A DNA stretch of 64,000 nt from Azolla caroliniana (taxonomy: Eukaryota > Plantae > Polypodiophyta), in assembly GCA_043228905.1 (NCBI GenBank), contig JBHGNT010000013.1, forward strand, positions 12,896,001 to 12,960,000, given 5' to 3'. The translations under genes were made by a program, and so were the position numbers. Within the stretch, counting starts at the first letter, position 1. Each line of letters opens with the position of its first letter. The notes under the pieces were generated by a model. It made no database searches, was not told the origin of the DNA, and saw only the letters and a program-made list of their open reading frames with translations. Positions 50,524 through 63,062 of the stretch are shown piece after piece.

Positions 50524-50604
50524 GGCAATTTGGCTAAGTGGTTAAGGCGTTTGACTTTAAATCAAATGGATTAGCCCTCCTAGGTTTGAATCGTGCAGTT
50601 GTCG
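50524..50604 (+). pseudogene. tRNA-Ser: tRNA-Ser body with TTA anticodon
   Basis: Anticodon loop CTTTAAA; damaged T arm. Confidence 0.7.
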
Positions 50605-50904
50605 ACATTCTTCCGCTTAGGTGTTGAAACTGTTCACTAACATTGAGCTTCTGTTCTTTAAACATTAAATATCCCATTTTAGGAATTAGACTCACATAGA
50701 GGAAACATGGCTTTTAATGTCCCATGTTTTAATATTAGGTTCCCCAAGGATTGGAGAAAGGGGTAAAATCGTATCGCTACCCAAAAAATAAAGACTTATA
50801 ATTGTCATGTTTTCTGCTTTATTAGCATGCTTAGATATATAATATTTGCAACATTTAATTCCAAATAATACTAAAATATGTAACTATCATTAATAGTAAA
50901 AAAG

Positions 50905-50985
50905 GACAACTTGGCCGAGTGGTTAAGGCGTTTGACTTGAAATCAAATGGGTTCGCCCTCGTAGGTTCGAATCCTGTAGTTGTCA
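50905..50985 (+). tRNA. tRNA-Ser: tRNA-Ser(TGA), near-intact
   Basis: GACAACT/AGTTGTC acceptor, intact A and B boxes; discriminator is A rather than G. Confidence 0.72.
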
Positions 50986-51469
50986 ACATTCTTTTCCGTT
51001 AAGAATAACAACTCCTTCGTGCGTTTTTGGTTTGCTTATTATCAAGCTTAGATAGATAATATCTACAACATTTTAGTGTGCACAACACTCAAATCAATCT
51101 AGGAAAACGAGAAACAATTTTCTCGACTACTTACGATGGTTGATTCAAAATCAAATGTTTGCTTCTTGGAGCTTGGAATCCTACATTTGTAGAATTTGTT
51201 TTAGAATCTTTGATGTTGTCGTCGTTGATTTACATCAAGTCATTGTGTGGCAAACCAATACATATCCCAATTTAGAGAGGCAACATCTATCATGAATATT
51301 TAACCCCTAGAGCCAAATGTGTCAATATTAGCCTGACTCCATATTTTCAAAATTTCCTAATATAACCGAATATTTTTGCATTAACATCACGCCAAGTAAG
51401 ATAATCATTAGATGGATTGCCCAAAATATTAAAAGTTGTACTATTTCATGGTAGAAGCCAACCAAATAT

Positions 51470-51550
51470 GGCAATTTGACGGAGTGGTTAAGGCGTTTGA
51501 CTTGAAATCATATGGGTTCGCCTTTGTACGTTCAAATCTTGCAATTGTCA
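51470..51550 (+). pseudogene. tRNA-Ser: tRNA-Ser(TGA) copy
   Basis: Degenerate T arm. Confidence 0.7.
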
Positions 51551-51803
51551 AGATTCTTTTACTATGTTGTGGAAACTATTTACTAACATTGAGTTTTTGT
51601 GTTTTAAACATTAAATATCCCAATAGTATTTAAACGTATGTGCACTAACATACTTGTGAACACTTAAATCATATCGCTACCCAAAGAATAAAGACTTATA
51701 CTAGTCCTCTTTTCTTCTTTATTAGGATGCTTAGATACATAATATTTGCTACATTTAATTACAACCAATACTAAAATATGTAACTATGATAGAGACCAAA
51801 TAG

Positions 51804-51884
51804 GAAAACTTGGCTAAGTGGTTAAGGCGTTTGACTAGAAATGAAATGGGTTCGCCCTTGTAGGTTCAAATCTTGCAATTGTTG
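51804..51884 (+). pseudogene. tRNA-Ser: tRNA-Ser(AGA) copy
   Basis: Multiple transitions relative to the consensus. Confidence 0.7.
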
Positions 51885-52139
51885 AGATTCTTTTACTAAG
51901 TTGTGGAAGTTATTTACTAACATTGAGCTTTTGTGCTTTAAACATTAAATATCCCAATAGTATTTAAATATATGTGCACTAACATACTTGTCAACACTTA
52001 AATCATATCGCTACCCAAGGAATAAAGACTTATAATAGTCCTCTTTTCTGCTTTTATTGGCATGCTTAGATACATAATATTTGCTACATTTAATTATAAC
52101 CAATACTAAAATATGTAACTGTGATAGAGAGCAAAATAG

Positions 52140-52220
52140 GACAACTAGGATGAGTGGTTAAGGCGTTTGACTAGAAATCAAATGGGTTCACCCTCGTATG
52201 TTCGAATCTTGGAGTTTCCA
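52140..52220 (+). pseudogene. tRNA-Ser: tRNA-Ser(AGA) copy
   Basis: Degenerate 3' half. Confidence 0.7.
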
Positions 52221-52371
52221 ACTTTGTTTCAGTTAGTTGTTGACTACTTTCAATAACATCAAGATTTTGTGATGTGAACCAATGCATCTTCTGTCTTAGC
52301 AATGCGACACACGCACACAAGCATGACTTCTTAAGTCCCATGGAACAATTTTCACGATATAAAGCTAGTAT

Positions 52372-52452
52372 GACAATTTGGCCGAGTGGTTAAGGTATTT
52401 GACTCGAAATCAAATGGGTTTGTCCTCGTAAGTTCAAATATTGCAATTGTCG
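52372..52452 (+). pseudogene. tRNA-Ser: tRNA-Ser(CGA) copy
   Basis: Anticodon loop CTCGAAA; T-arm changes. Confidence 0.7.
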
Positions 52453-52849
52453 AGATTTTGGCACTTAGGTATTATTGCTAGTAACTTATATCGAGCTTGA
52501 CATATGCTCAACAATAAATATACCATCTTAGAAAGCATTGGTCACCAGACAAAGAAAACTAAACTTTCTAAGATGCATTTTTGAATATTGGCTTCCGTAG
52601 GTATCGTAAACACAAGCCCACATAGTGAAATATAATTGCGATAACCTACTAGTGAACACATAAATAGTAGTATTACCTTAAGAATAAGTACTCTTTCTAG
52701 CGTTTTTGGTTCACTTATTATCAAGCTTAGATAGATAATATCTCCAACATTATAGTGTGGCCAATACTCAAATCGATTCATGAAAACTAGAAACACTTTG
52801 CCCGAGTGCTTATGGTGGTTGTACTATCTCATAAAAGCCAACAAAAATT

Positions 52850-52930
52850 GGCAATTTGGTCGAGTGGTTAAGGCGTTTGATTTGAAATCAAATGTGTTCG
52901 CCCTCGTAGGTTCGAAGCCTGCATTTTTCG
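52850..52930 (+). pseudogene. tRNA-Ser: tRNA-Ser(TGA) copy
   Basis: Degenerate acceptor stem. Confidence 0.7.
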
Positions 52931-53184
52931 AGATTCTTTTACTAAGTTGTGGAAATCATTTACTAACTTTAAGCTTCTATGCTTTAAACATTAAATATCT
53001 CAATAATATTCAAATGTATGTGCACAAACATACTTGTCAACACTTAAATCGTATCGCTACCCAAAGGATAAAGACTTATATTAGACCTCTTTTCTACTTT
53101 ATTAGCATGCTTAGATAGATAATATTTACAACATTTAACTACAAAAAATACTAAAATATGTAACTATGACAATGAGCAAAATAG

Positions 53185-53265
53185 GACAACTTGGCTGAGT
53201 GGTTAAGATGTTTGACTAGAAATCCAATGGGTTCGCCCTCGTAGGTTCGAATCCTACAATTGTCG
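53185..53265 (+). tRNA. tRNA-Ser: tRNA-Ser(AGA), possibly a pseudogene
   Basis: Perfect T arm GTAGG/CCTAC; mismatches in the D and anticodon stems. Confidence 0.5.
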
Positions 53266-53416
53266 ACTTTGTCTCAGTTAGGTGTTGACTATTTTCAATA
53301 ACATCGATATTTTTTTATGTGAACCAATGCATCTTCCGTCTTAGAAAGGTGACACACGTACACAAGCATGACTTCTTAAGTCCCATGGAACAATTTTTGC
53401 AATGTAAAGCTAATAT

Positions 53417-53497
53417 GATAATTTGGCCGAGTGGTTAAGGTGTTTGACTCGAAATCAAATGTGTTCGCCCTCGCAAGTTCAAATCTTGCAGTTGTCG
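53417..53497 (+). tRNA. tRNA-Ser: tRNA-Ser(CGA), near-intact
   Basis: Anticodon loop CTCGAAA; compensated T stem GCAAG/CTTGC; downstream TTTTT. Confidence 0.55.
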
Positions 53498-54163
53498 AGA
53501 TTTTTGCACTTAGGTATTATTGCTAGTAACTTATATCGAGCTTGACATGTGCTCAATAATAAATATCCCATCTTAGAAAGCATTGGTCACCACACAAAGA
53601 AAACTAAACTTTCTAATACGCATTTTGGAACATTAGCTTCCCTAGGTATCGTAAACACAACCTCACCTAGTGAAATGTAATTGCGATAACCTACTAGTGA
53701 GCACATAAATAACAGTATTACCTTAGGAATAACTACTCTTTCTGGCATTTTTGGTTCGCTTATTATCAAGCTTACATAGATATTATCTCCAACATTTTAG
53801 TGTGGACAATACTCAAATCTATTCATGAAAACTAGAAACACTTTTCCCGACTGCTTATGGTGGTTGACTCAAAATCAAATGTTTGCTTCTCAGAGGTTGG
53901 AAACCTATATTTGTAGACTTTCTTTTAGAATATTTGACGTTGCGGTCGTTGTTTTACATCGAGCCATTTTGTGGCAGACCAATACATATCACAATTTAGA
54001 GAGGCGACATCTATCATGAATATTTAACCGCTTAAGTCAAATGTGTCAATATTAGCCCGACTCCAAATATTTTTGCATTAACATAACGCCAGTGAAAAAA
54101 ATCATTAGATGGATTGCCCAAAATATTAATAGTTGTACTATCTCATAGAAGCCAACAAAATAT

Positions 54164-54244
54164 GGCAATTTGGCCAAGTGCTTAAGGTGTTTGACTTGAA
54201 ATCAAATGTGTTCGCCCTCGTAGGTTCGAATCCTATAATTGTCG
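54164..54244 (+). tRNA. tRNA-Ser: tRNA-Ser(TGA), possibly a pseudogene
   Basis: Cloverleaf mostly retained; D-loop GG changed to GC. Confidence 0.5.
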
Positions 54245-54441
54245 AGATTCTTTTACTAAGTTATGGAAACTATTTACAAACATTCAGCTACAAACAATAA
54301 ATATCCCATATTAGGAAGAAGTGGTCAACATAGAGACTAAACTAAATTTGTTAAAGCACATTTGTGAATACTAGATTCGTAGGTTCTAACGTTTATGTTT
54401 CGCTTATTATCAAGCATGAATACTAGACGCCAACTAAATAT

Positions 54442-54522
54442 TGCAATTTGGCTAAGTAGTTAAGGCGTTTGACTTTAAATCAAATGGATTCGCCCTCCTA
54501 GGTTTGAATCGTACAGTTGTTG
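54442..54522 (+). pseudogene. tRNA-Ser: tRNA-Ser body with TTA anticodon (paralogue of 50524)
   Basis: Anticodon loop CTTTAAA; damaged T arm. Confidence 0.7.
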
Positions 54523-54942
54523 ACATTCTTCCGCTTAGGTGTTGAAATTGTTCACTAACATTGAGCTTCTGTTCTTTAAACATTAAATATCCTATCTTAG
54601 GAATGAGACTCACATAGAGGAAACATGACTTTTAATGTCCCATGTGTTAATATTAGGTTCCCCAAGGATTGGTGAAAGGGGCTAAATCGTATCTTTAAAC
54701 ATTAAATATCCCATCTTAGGAATGAGACTCACATAGAAGAAACATGAGTTTTAATGTCCCATGTGTTAATATTAGGTTCCCCAAGGATTGGAGAAAGGGG
54801 CTAAATCGTATCGCTACCCAAAAAATAAAGACTTATAATTGTCATGTTTTCTGCTTTATTAGCATGCTTAGATAGATAATATTTGCAACATTTAATTACA
54901 CCCAATACTAAAATATGTAACTATCATAGATAGCAAAATAGG

Positions 54943-55023
54943 AGAAGCTAGTCGAGTGGTTAAGGTGTTTGACTTGAAATCAAATGGGTTCGCCCTCGAA
55001 GGTTCGAATCCTGCAGGTGTTGA
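54943..55023 (+). pseudogene. tRNA-Ser: tRNA-Ser(TGA) copy
   Basis: Degenerate acceptor stem. Confidence 0.7.
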
Positions 55024-55265
55024 GATTCTTTTACTAACTTGTGCAAACTATTTACTAACATTGAGCTTCTGTGCTTTAAACATTAAATATCCCAGTATTA
55101 ATCAAATGTATGTGCACTAACATACTTGTGAACACTTAAATTGTATCGCTATCCAAAGAATAAAGACTTATAATAGTCTTAATTTCTGCTCTACTAGCAT
55201 GCTTAGATAGATAATATTTGTAACATTTAATTACAACCAATACTAAAACATGTAATTATTATATA

Positions 55266-55346
55266 GACAACTTGGCTGAGTGGTTAAGGCGTTTGACTAG
55301 AAATCAAATGGGTTCGCCCTTGTAGGTTCGAATCCTGCAGTAGTCG
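55266..55346 (+). tRNA. tRNA-Ser: tRNA-Ser(AGA), near-intact
   Basis: One acceptor mismatch; other arms pair. Confidence 0.62.
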
Positions 55347-56002
55347 AATTTGTTTCAGTTAGGTTGTAGTATCTCCAACATTTTAGTGTGAACAATACTC
55401 AAATCAATTCATGAAAACTAGAAACAATTTTTTTGAGTGCTTATGGTGGTTGACTCTAAATCAAATATTTGCTTCTCGGAGCTTGGTATCCTACATTTGT
55501 AGACTTTCTTTTAGAATCTTTGATTTTTGCGTCGTTGATTTACATCGAGTATTCTCTGGCAAACCAACACATATGACATTTTAGAGATGCAAAATCTATC
55601 ATGCATATTTGACCGCTTAAGTCAAATGTGTCAATATTAGCCCGACTCCATATTTTGAAAATTTCCTAATATAACCGAATATTTTTGCATTAACATAACG
55701 CAAACTAAGAAAATCATTACGCGGATTGCCCAAAATATTAATAGTTGTACTATTTCATGGTAGAAGCTAACCAAATATGGCAATTTGTTAAGGTGTTTGA
55801 CTAGAAATGAAATGGGTTTGCCCTCATAGGTTCGAGCTTGACATATGCTGAACAATAAATATCCCATCTTAGCAGGACTACTCCTGAGAACACTATAAAA
55901 GGAGGCACAAGGCATTATTTCGAAACAAATTGGTTGAACGCCTGTCTTAACCTCAGAGCTATTTTGTATTTACTCTTCACATAATATATCATCTATTATC
56001 AT

Positions 56003-56039
<37 letters not shown>

Positions 56040-56309
56040 TTTCTCTCTTCCTCTCTCGTGGTCTTATGCAGTCAGTCCTATTAGTACTAATATTACTTCC
56101 CTTCTCTAGTATTGATTCTCTCTCTGTTTTAGTACTATTCTTGAGAGTTTGAACAAATTTCTTCCTTTTGGTCTTCTTTTCGGTTTCCCTCATCCTCTTA
56201 CTCCTTTTTCCAATACTACGGATATTGTTAGCTTCCAAGAAAATCAATCCGTTTTTTCTGAGCTTCAATGTATAAAAGAAACAATCGTTGCATTGGAACA
56301 AGAAAACCA

Positions 56310-56900
56310 ATGATTGTTAAGGGATCCAACATTTGATAATCAAAATTAGGTAATCTTGGGACCAACACGTTTGAACACAACCTGGATTTTTTAGACTCTG
56401 TTGGATTCCCGGATTATCAATGCCATACATGCCAATTTGAAGATGGACAAATTTGCTCAAGCCATTCTAGCGCAAATTGATGCCTCTCGGGCATGCTATT
56501 ACCTGTCTCAACAGCCAGGTATGGACTACAGACAATTCAAATATCATTATGCTTTATTATTCTTTAAAAAGCTCTTGTATGTTTCTGATTGCTCCAATTG
56601 CCTTCAAATCGTCCACAATTGTCACGATTTCCATACAGTTGGACATTTCGGTAGTACTAACACGTTTTATCTAGTCCGACAATCTTTTCAGTGGCGCCAT
56701 ATGCGACGTTTTGTCAACGACTACGTTTGAACCTGTGATGCTTGTTGCCAGGCAAATATGCCATGACATCATCCATATGGCTTGTTGGAATCCTTAACAA
56801 TTCCAAGTAAGCCGTGGCAATCCATTTTTCTTGATTTTATCACAGATCTTCCAGTCTTGAAGGCCTTCGATGTTATCTTAACCATCGTTGACCGATATAC
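56310..56900 (+). pseudogene. pol: Chromovirus-type gypsy integrase N-terminal fragment
   Basis: CHD...GHFG...YV*TCDACC...GLL...PWQSIFLDFITDLP...IVDRY. Confidence 0.8.
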
Positions 56901-57325
56901 TTATTTGTTTGTTATCATCATCCTCTCTCTCTCTCTTTTAGTTATTATGACTAGATAAATACTCTTTTTGTTGTAAACCAATTGTCTCATGGGCCAATTT
57001 TGGCCTTAGAAGACGTTAATATATCTTTCTTTCTTTCTTTCTTTCTCTCTCTCCTTTTCCCTCTTCCTCTGTCGTGAATCTTACGCAATTAGTCCTCTTA
57101 GTACTAATAATACTTCCCTTCTCTAGGATTAATTCTCTCTTTGTTTTAGTACTATTCCTTTCCGATAGTGATTTGTTTTGTAGTTTGTGGACTCCACATG
57201 GTTTTTCCCTTCTCGGGTTTTCTACTTTAAAATACATGTCTCTGTATTTTCTATTTTCGGTCTTCTGTTTTGTCTATACACTATCTCATTCAATTCATTG
57301 CACTCACATTCTTATATGATGAAAC

Positions 57326-59880
57326 TGTTGAGAACGCGGTCATCTTGTGCGGAACAAATCAACACTCTCCAAAGGTGAGGATCATAAGTGGATGCAGGCA
57401 AGGTAGATTGATGGCATCAGCAATAGAAACAGAGAAACAAGAACGCAAGAGAGAGAGACGATTAGCCACAAGATGAACTATATTTCAACAACACTCAAAA
57501 CTAGGTTACAAAGTCAATTTATGTATTGACTGACTTAGGGCAATTGCCTTTCTCACTATTTACATAAATAGCGTAAACCTAGTGTGTACAAAAGGAGACA
57601 ATGTGAATACGTTCATTAGAGACCCGCATTCAACACTCCCCCATAATAGGCGTATACATCGAAATTCTGTAAATCAAAATAAATGTACAATACATATTGA
57701 TACAAAAATTTCGAACAAATCGAAATTTGGTTGGAGTTGGTGAACTTCAAAAAACTAAAGGCCGAACTGGCCGAGGTTGGGGAAGCTAAAGTTGAACTTC
57801 GAACTGTCGAAGTTGACCGGGGATTATCATGTCATCCACGTAGATGATGACGAAGATGGGTGACCCATCTCGAGCTATTTTGGTGAAGAGACAGTGGACC
57901 TCATCAGTCTTCGAGCAGTCGACTGATTGAATGATGTCATCGAACTTCCTATACCACTGTCATGGTGCCTATTGCAGGCTGTAAAGAATCTTCCTAAGTC
58001 GGCAGACTAGATGTTCTTGGCCAGGGTGCGACGAAGCCTTTCGGTTGCTCCATATAAATTTCCTCCTCTAGATCATCGTGCAGGAATGTCATTTTGACAT
58101 TTAGTTGAATCAGCACCAAATTCTTGGCTGCCACAACCCCAAACATAAAGTGGAGGGTTGTCATTTTCACCACTAGTAAAACAATTTTGTCGAAATCGAC
58201 GACATATTTCTATTGAAACCCTTTCGCAATTAATCTGGCCTTGAATTTTGGGGTGGCCGAATCAGACTTCTCTTTAATTCTATAGATCCATTTGCACTGA
58301 AAAGCACATCGATTTTTCGGTAGTTCAACCAAGTTCCAAGTTTCGTTTGCTCAAATAGAGTTCATTTCGGACTCCATTGCCAGATGCCAGATGGCCGAAT
58401 CGGCAGATGCTAATGCTTCTTCGTATGATGTCGTTTCTCCAACGTCCGTTCTCTAGGGGCTGCGACATTTTCTCGGATCTTCGAGGTATGACTGGACTAG
58501 TCGCATTGGGTGTCGTAGCCAGATGGTCCGAAGCCGAAACATTCGGTTGTCCCGAGTTGGATGTTGCCGAGTCGGTACAAGAGGTTTCGGCTACCTGTGA
58601 AGCCAACCTTGTGTTGTGTGTTGGGCCTTCATGAAGGGTTGGCACATTCGTAAAAATTACCCTTCGGACTTCGATCGGGTTTTCGGCCGATTGGTGCATG
58701 CCTAACTCATTGAACAATACGTCTGAACTTCAGACAATTTTTTGTGCTCAGGGTCCTAGAGTCGGTAGCCAATTTTGCCATCTACTCCATAACCAAGGAA
58801 AATACTTTTCTTGGACCTTGGTGCAAGTTTGCGGCGATCATCTTTCGCGATGAGGCCATACGCCTCGCACCCGAAAATCCTTAGCTTATCATAAGTCGGC
58901 TTACTGCCGGTCCATGATTCTAGAGGTATCCGAAGACCTAGACGCCTGCTCGGCGACATATTGATTATGTGAACCACCATAAGCAGTGCCTTTGCCCAGA
59001 AGTTATCCGATAGTCAGGAGTGTTGGAGCAAAATCTGGGGTGCCATATATTCATGGTGTATGTTGCGTTGTCGGCAAAATCTGACAAATTCTTTAGATTT
59101 CCTCCATTGTCGGTCCAAAAGCATTTTAGTTTTCAGCCGTACTGATTTTCGACCATAACGAGAAAATCGGAAAAAATCGAGAACACTTGATCTTTAGTTT
59201 TAATTGTATAAGCCCAAACCTTCCAAGTCGAGTCGTCAATAAAGTTGACGAAATACGAGGCACCATCGAGAGTCGGATGTAGCATTGGACCACAAACGTC
59301 TGAATGGACCAAATCGAGGGGACTCGATTCTCTCGGTGCTTATGTTGGATGTGATGGGGTTATTTGTTTGCTATACTGGCAATGCTCACAGAACTCCTGA
59401 TCAGAGAAGGAGAGTTTAGGGATGTATTCGGCTCTAGATAAATGTATAATACCGGCCTTACTGAGATATCTGAGTCCATGCCAAAGTGATGACAGGGGAA
59501 TGTCGACGAAGAACAAGTCACCCTCTCTGAGTGTGACATATAACAGGTACAACGAGTGTAGTTTTAGTCCTCAAGCAAACAAGTGGTTTCCCCTGTGGAC
59601 TGTCGTCTTCGTCTAATTGTTTGTCTGAGATAAAAGGTCTTGAGAGGTCAGGTACATGTCTAACATTATGAAGTGCCAATGTAGAGCCACCCTGAAGGTT
59701 GAGCTCTACTGTGTCGATTCGATTATTGCACATTGTTGTGAATTTCCGACTCGAAATCAGTTGGAATATCGCGTTGCGTATTGCCGAAATTGGGATCGAT
59801 GAGGGGCACATGATATGAAGCGCCCGAATCCAAGAGCCATGTGCTCAATTCCTCTCTCGTGAGCAGAATTTATGATTCAA
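57326..59880 (-). mobile_element. Copia family C remnant: PR-INT-RT with internal deletions, PPT and 3' LTR (57326-57635)
   Basis: Highly similar to the reverse complement of 939-1909; LTR TGTTGA...TCAACA with PPT ATTATGGGGGAG. Confidence 0.85.
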
Positions 59881-59892
59881 CTGGGTTCCCAA

Positions 59893-61100
59893 TAGAGAGA
59901 GAGACATAAGACTTGAAATGGAAATGAGATTATTTTATGAAGAAACAAGGTTACAAAGAGTAGGCTAAGGGCTAAAGACTGGTATAGAACGGAATGAGTT
60001 GTGATGAATGAATAGACACCTATTTATAGGTCCTTATGGAGTATTCTAGAATGTTCTAGAATATTCTAGATATTTATGATATTTAATATAATCATGGAGT
60101 ATCCTAGAATGTTCTAAAATAATCTAGAATACTCTAAATATCTTGTAATAACTAATAATATATTTATGGTAACTATATATCATATATGTTATTATAATGG
60201 TTAAAGATCTAACATATAGACCAAGATGTCTTGGGCTTGAATCCCTGTAAGGCCAAAATGTATGTCTTCATGACATTATCCCCCCTTTTCAACAACAAGT
60301 TCCACGGGTCGGAAGACAAGATTTTGGAATTTGCTTATGGGGATATTTGTTGTGAAACACAACAACCATTTCGGAAGCATTAGCAATATTCTCAAGAGGT
60401 TCCCATGTTCGATCATTAGGTGTATAACCTAACTAATCAACCAAATAATACAGTTTGCAGCGAACGATCTTGGAATCAAGAATGGCAACAACTTCATATT
60501 CGAAGCCATTCGAAACTTTGATTGGAGGTGGGGGAGATGTAAGCCGACCTGCAATAGAGTTGGTCTTGTACAACTCGAAAAGTGAAACATGGAAGACCGG
60601 GTGAAGATGCATATGAGGGGGAAGATCAAGGCAAAATGTCACATCATTAATCTACCAGATATCACATATGGGCCAAAAAGTTGATAATCCAATTTGCAAC
60701 AAGGTCGGGTTATTTTAATATGACCTTGTAAAAGTCATACTCGATCTCCCACTTGAAACGTAATCGATGAATCACGTCGATGACGGTCGGCAACCTTCTT
60801 TTGAGTGTTTTAAGAATCACATAAATGGTGCAGAAGGATATCTTGAACTTCTTGGAGTCGGCTGAGCCGATCTTCAACAGTCAGGTTCGTCAGGAGTTCG
60901 GGATGTTCAAGCATAGTCGAACGAGGATGGTACCCAATGTTTGCAAAAAATGGAGAATATTGCCTTGGGACGCAACAAGTAAAAGCAAATGTTTTATTTC
61001 GACGTTCATAGATAGAACTTCAACCAGGAGAGCCCACATTTGAAAGTTAGAGTCAAATCCTCTTGGGTCTTGACCGTCTACGACTAATGACATTTCATGT
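59893..61100 (-). mobile_element. Duplicate of the chromovirus remnant at 46471-47620 (LTR part ends 60275)
   Basis: Collinear high similarity; FEYEVVAILDSKIVRCKLYYLVD chromodomain. Confidence 0.85.
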
Positions 61101-61109
61101 TACAGACAC

Positions 61110-61560
61110 ACCCGAGGATTCAAATCTTCTGAACTCCATTCAGGAGCATATTGCGACTGATGAATTCGCCCAAGACATTCTGAACAATATTATCCTAGAT
61201 TATGCTTCTTGTTAACAATCTCAAAATCTTCGTCAATACTACAACCAGTTCAATTGGCATGATGGATTACTTTTTCGACAAAATCTCTTATATGTGCCTG
61301 ATGGTCCTTCTCGACTCCAAGACTTGCAACAATGTCATGCCGCACCAATGGCTGGACATTTTGGCATCCACAAGACTTTCACGTTAATTTCTCGAAGATA
61401 TTGGTGGGCACGACTTCACCATTTGGTTATGGATTATGTTCATAATTGTGATACATGTTGCCGATCCAGAAAAACTCGACATCATTCATATGGCTTATTA
61501 CAGCCAATGCCTATTCCTGAGAGTCCATGGAAATCTATTTCATTGGACCTTATTACGGAT
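61110..61560 (+). pseudogene. pol: Chromovirus-type integrase HHCC fragment
   Basis: CHAAPMAGHFG...YWW...CDTCCR...GLLQPMPIPESPWKSISLD. Confidence 0.82.
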
Positions 61561-62127
61561 TAGCCCTTAGCCTACCATTCGTAACCTTGTTTCCTCATAA
61601 TATAATCTCGTTTCCATTTCAACTCTTATCTCTCTCTCTCTCTCTCTCTCCCTCCTACTCACGAGTCACGATAGTCCTCCAATTGTCGACATTCTTTTCC
61701 CTTAAGAATAACTACTCCTTTATGCATTTTTGGTTTGCTTATTATCAAGCTTAGATAGATAATATCTCCAAGATTTTAGTGTGGACAATACTCAAATCGA
61801 TTCATAAAAACTAGAAACAATTTTCCTAACTACTTATGGTGGTTGACTAAAAATCTAATATTTGCTTCCCATAGATAGGAATCCTACATTTATAGACTTT
61901 CTTTTAGAATATTTGATGTTGTCGTCCTTGATTTACATCGAGCCATTGTGTGGCAAACCAATACATATCAAAATTTAGTGAGGCGACATCTATCATGAAT
62001 ATTTTGAAAATTTCCTAATATAACCGAATATTTTTACATTAACATAACGCCAATTAAGAAAATCATTAGATGGATTGCCCAAAATATTAATAGTTGTATT
62101 ATCTCATGGTAGAATCTAACCAAATAT

Positions 62128-62208
62128 GGCAATTTGGCCGAGTGGTTAAAGCATTTGACTAGAAATCAAATGGGTTCGCCCTCATAGGTTCGAATCTTGA
62201 AGTTGTTG
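62128..62208 (+). pseudogene. tRNA-Ser: tRNA-Ser(AGA) copy (positional paralogue of the TGA copy at 48293)
   Basis: Same flanks as the 48293 copy; T-stem mismatches. Confidence 0.7.
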
Positions 62209-62771
62209 ACATTCTTTAACTATGTTTTGGAAACTATTTACAAACATTGAGCTTTTGTGCTTTAAACATTAAATATCCCAATAGTAATCAAATGTATGTG
62301 CACTAACATACTTGTGAACACTTAAATCATATCGCTACCCAAAGAATAAAGACTCATTATTTTCTAATTTCCTACCTTATTAGCATGCTTATATAGAAAA
62401 TATTTTCAATATTTAATTATAACCAATACTAAAATATGTTATCGTAGATGCCTACATAGGATAATTAGGCCAAGTTGTTAAGGCGTTTAAGTAGATCCCA
62501 CTCGTAGGTTTGAGCTTGAGATAAGTTGAAAAATAAATATCCCATCTTAGGAAGAATTGGTCAACATATAGAGTAAACTAAATTGTATAAAACACATTTG
62601 TGAACATTGGCTTCCCAATCTATCTTCAAAACAGCCTAACCTAATGAAACGTATTTGCAATAAGCTAGTAGTGAACACATAAATAGTAGCATTACCTTAA
62701 GAATAACTACTCTTTCTAGCGTTTTTCTTTCGCTTATTGTCAAGCATAGATAGTAGATGCCAACTAAATAC

Positions 62772-62846
62772 GGCAATTTGGCCGATTGGTTAAGACGTTT
62801 GACTTGAAAGCAAATGGGTTCGTCCTTGCAGGTTCCAAACTTGTAG
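62772..62846 (+). pseudogene. tRNA-Ser: tRNA-Ser(TGA) copy, 3'-damaged
   Basis: Paralogue of 48949. Confidence 0.65.
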
Positions 62847-63062
62847 CTCTATAAACAGTAAATATCCCATCTTAGGAATAAGACTCGCATAGAGGAAACA
62901 TCACTTTTAATGTCCCATGTGTTAATATTAGGTTCCCAAGGGATTGGAGAAACGGGCTAAATCGTATCGCTACCCAAAAAATAAAGACTTATAATTGTGT
63001 TGTTTTCTACTTTATTAGCATGCTTAGATAGATAATATTTGCAACATTTACTTACAAAATAG

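Noticed and set aside
939-59880. Copia C copies in inverted orientation near both window ends as a giant inverted repeat
   Set aside because: Each has its own indels and an assembly gap lies between them; two family members is the simpler explanation.
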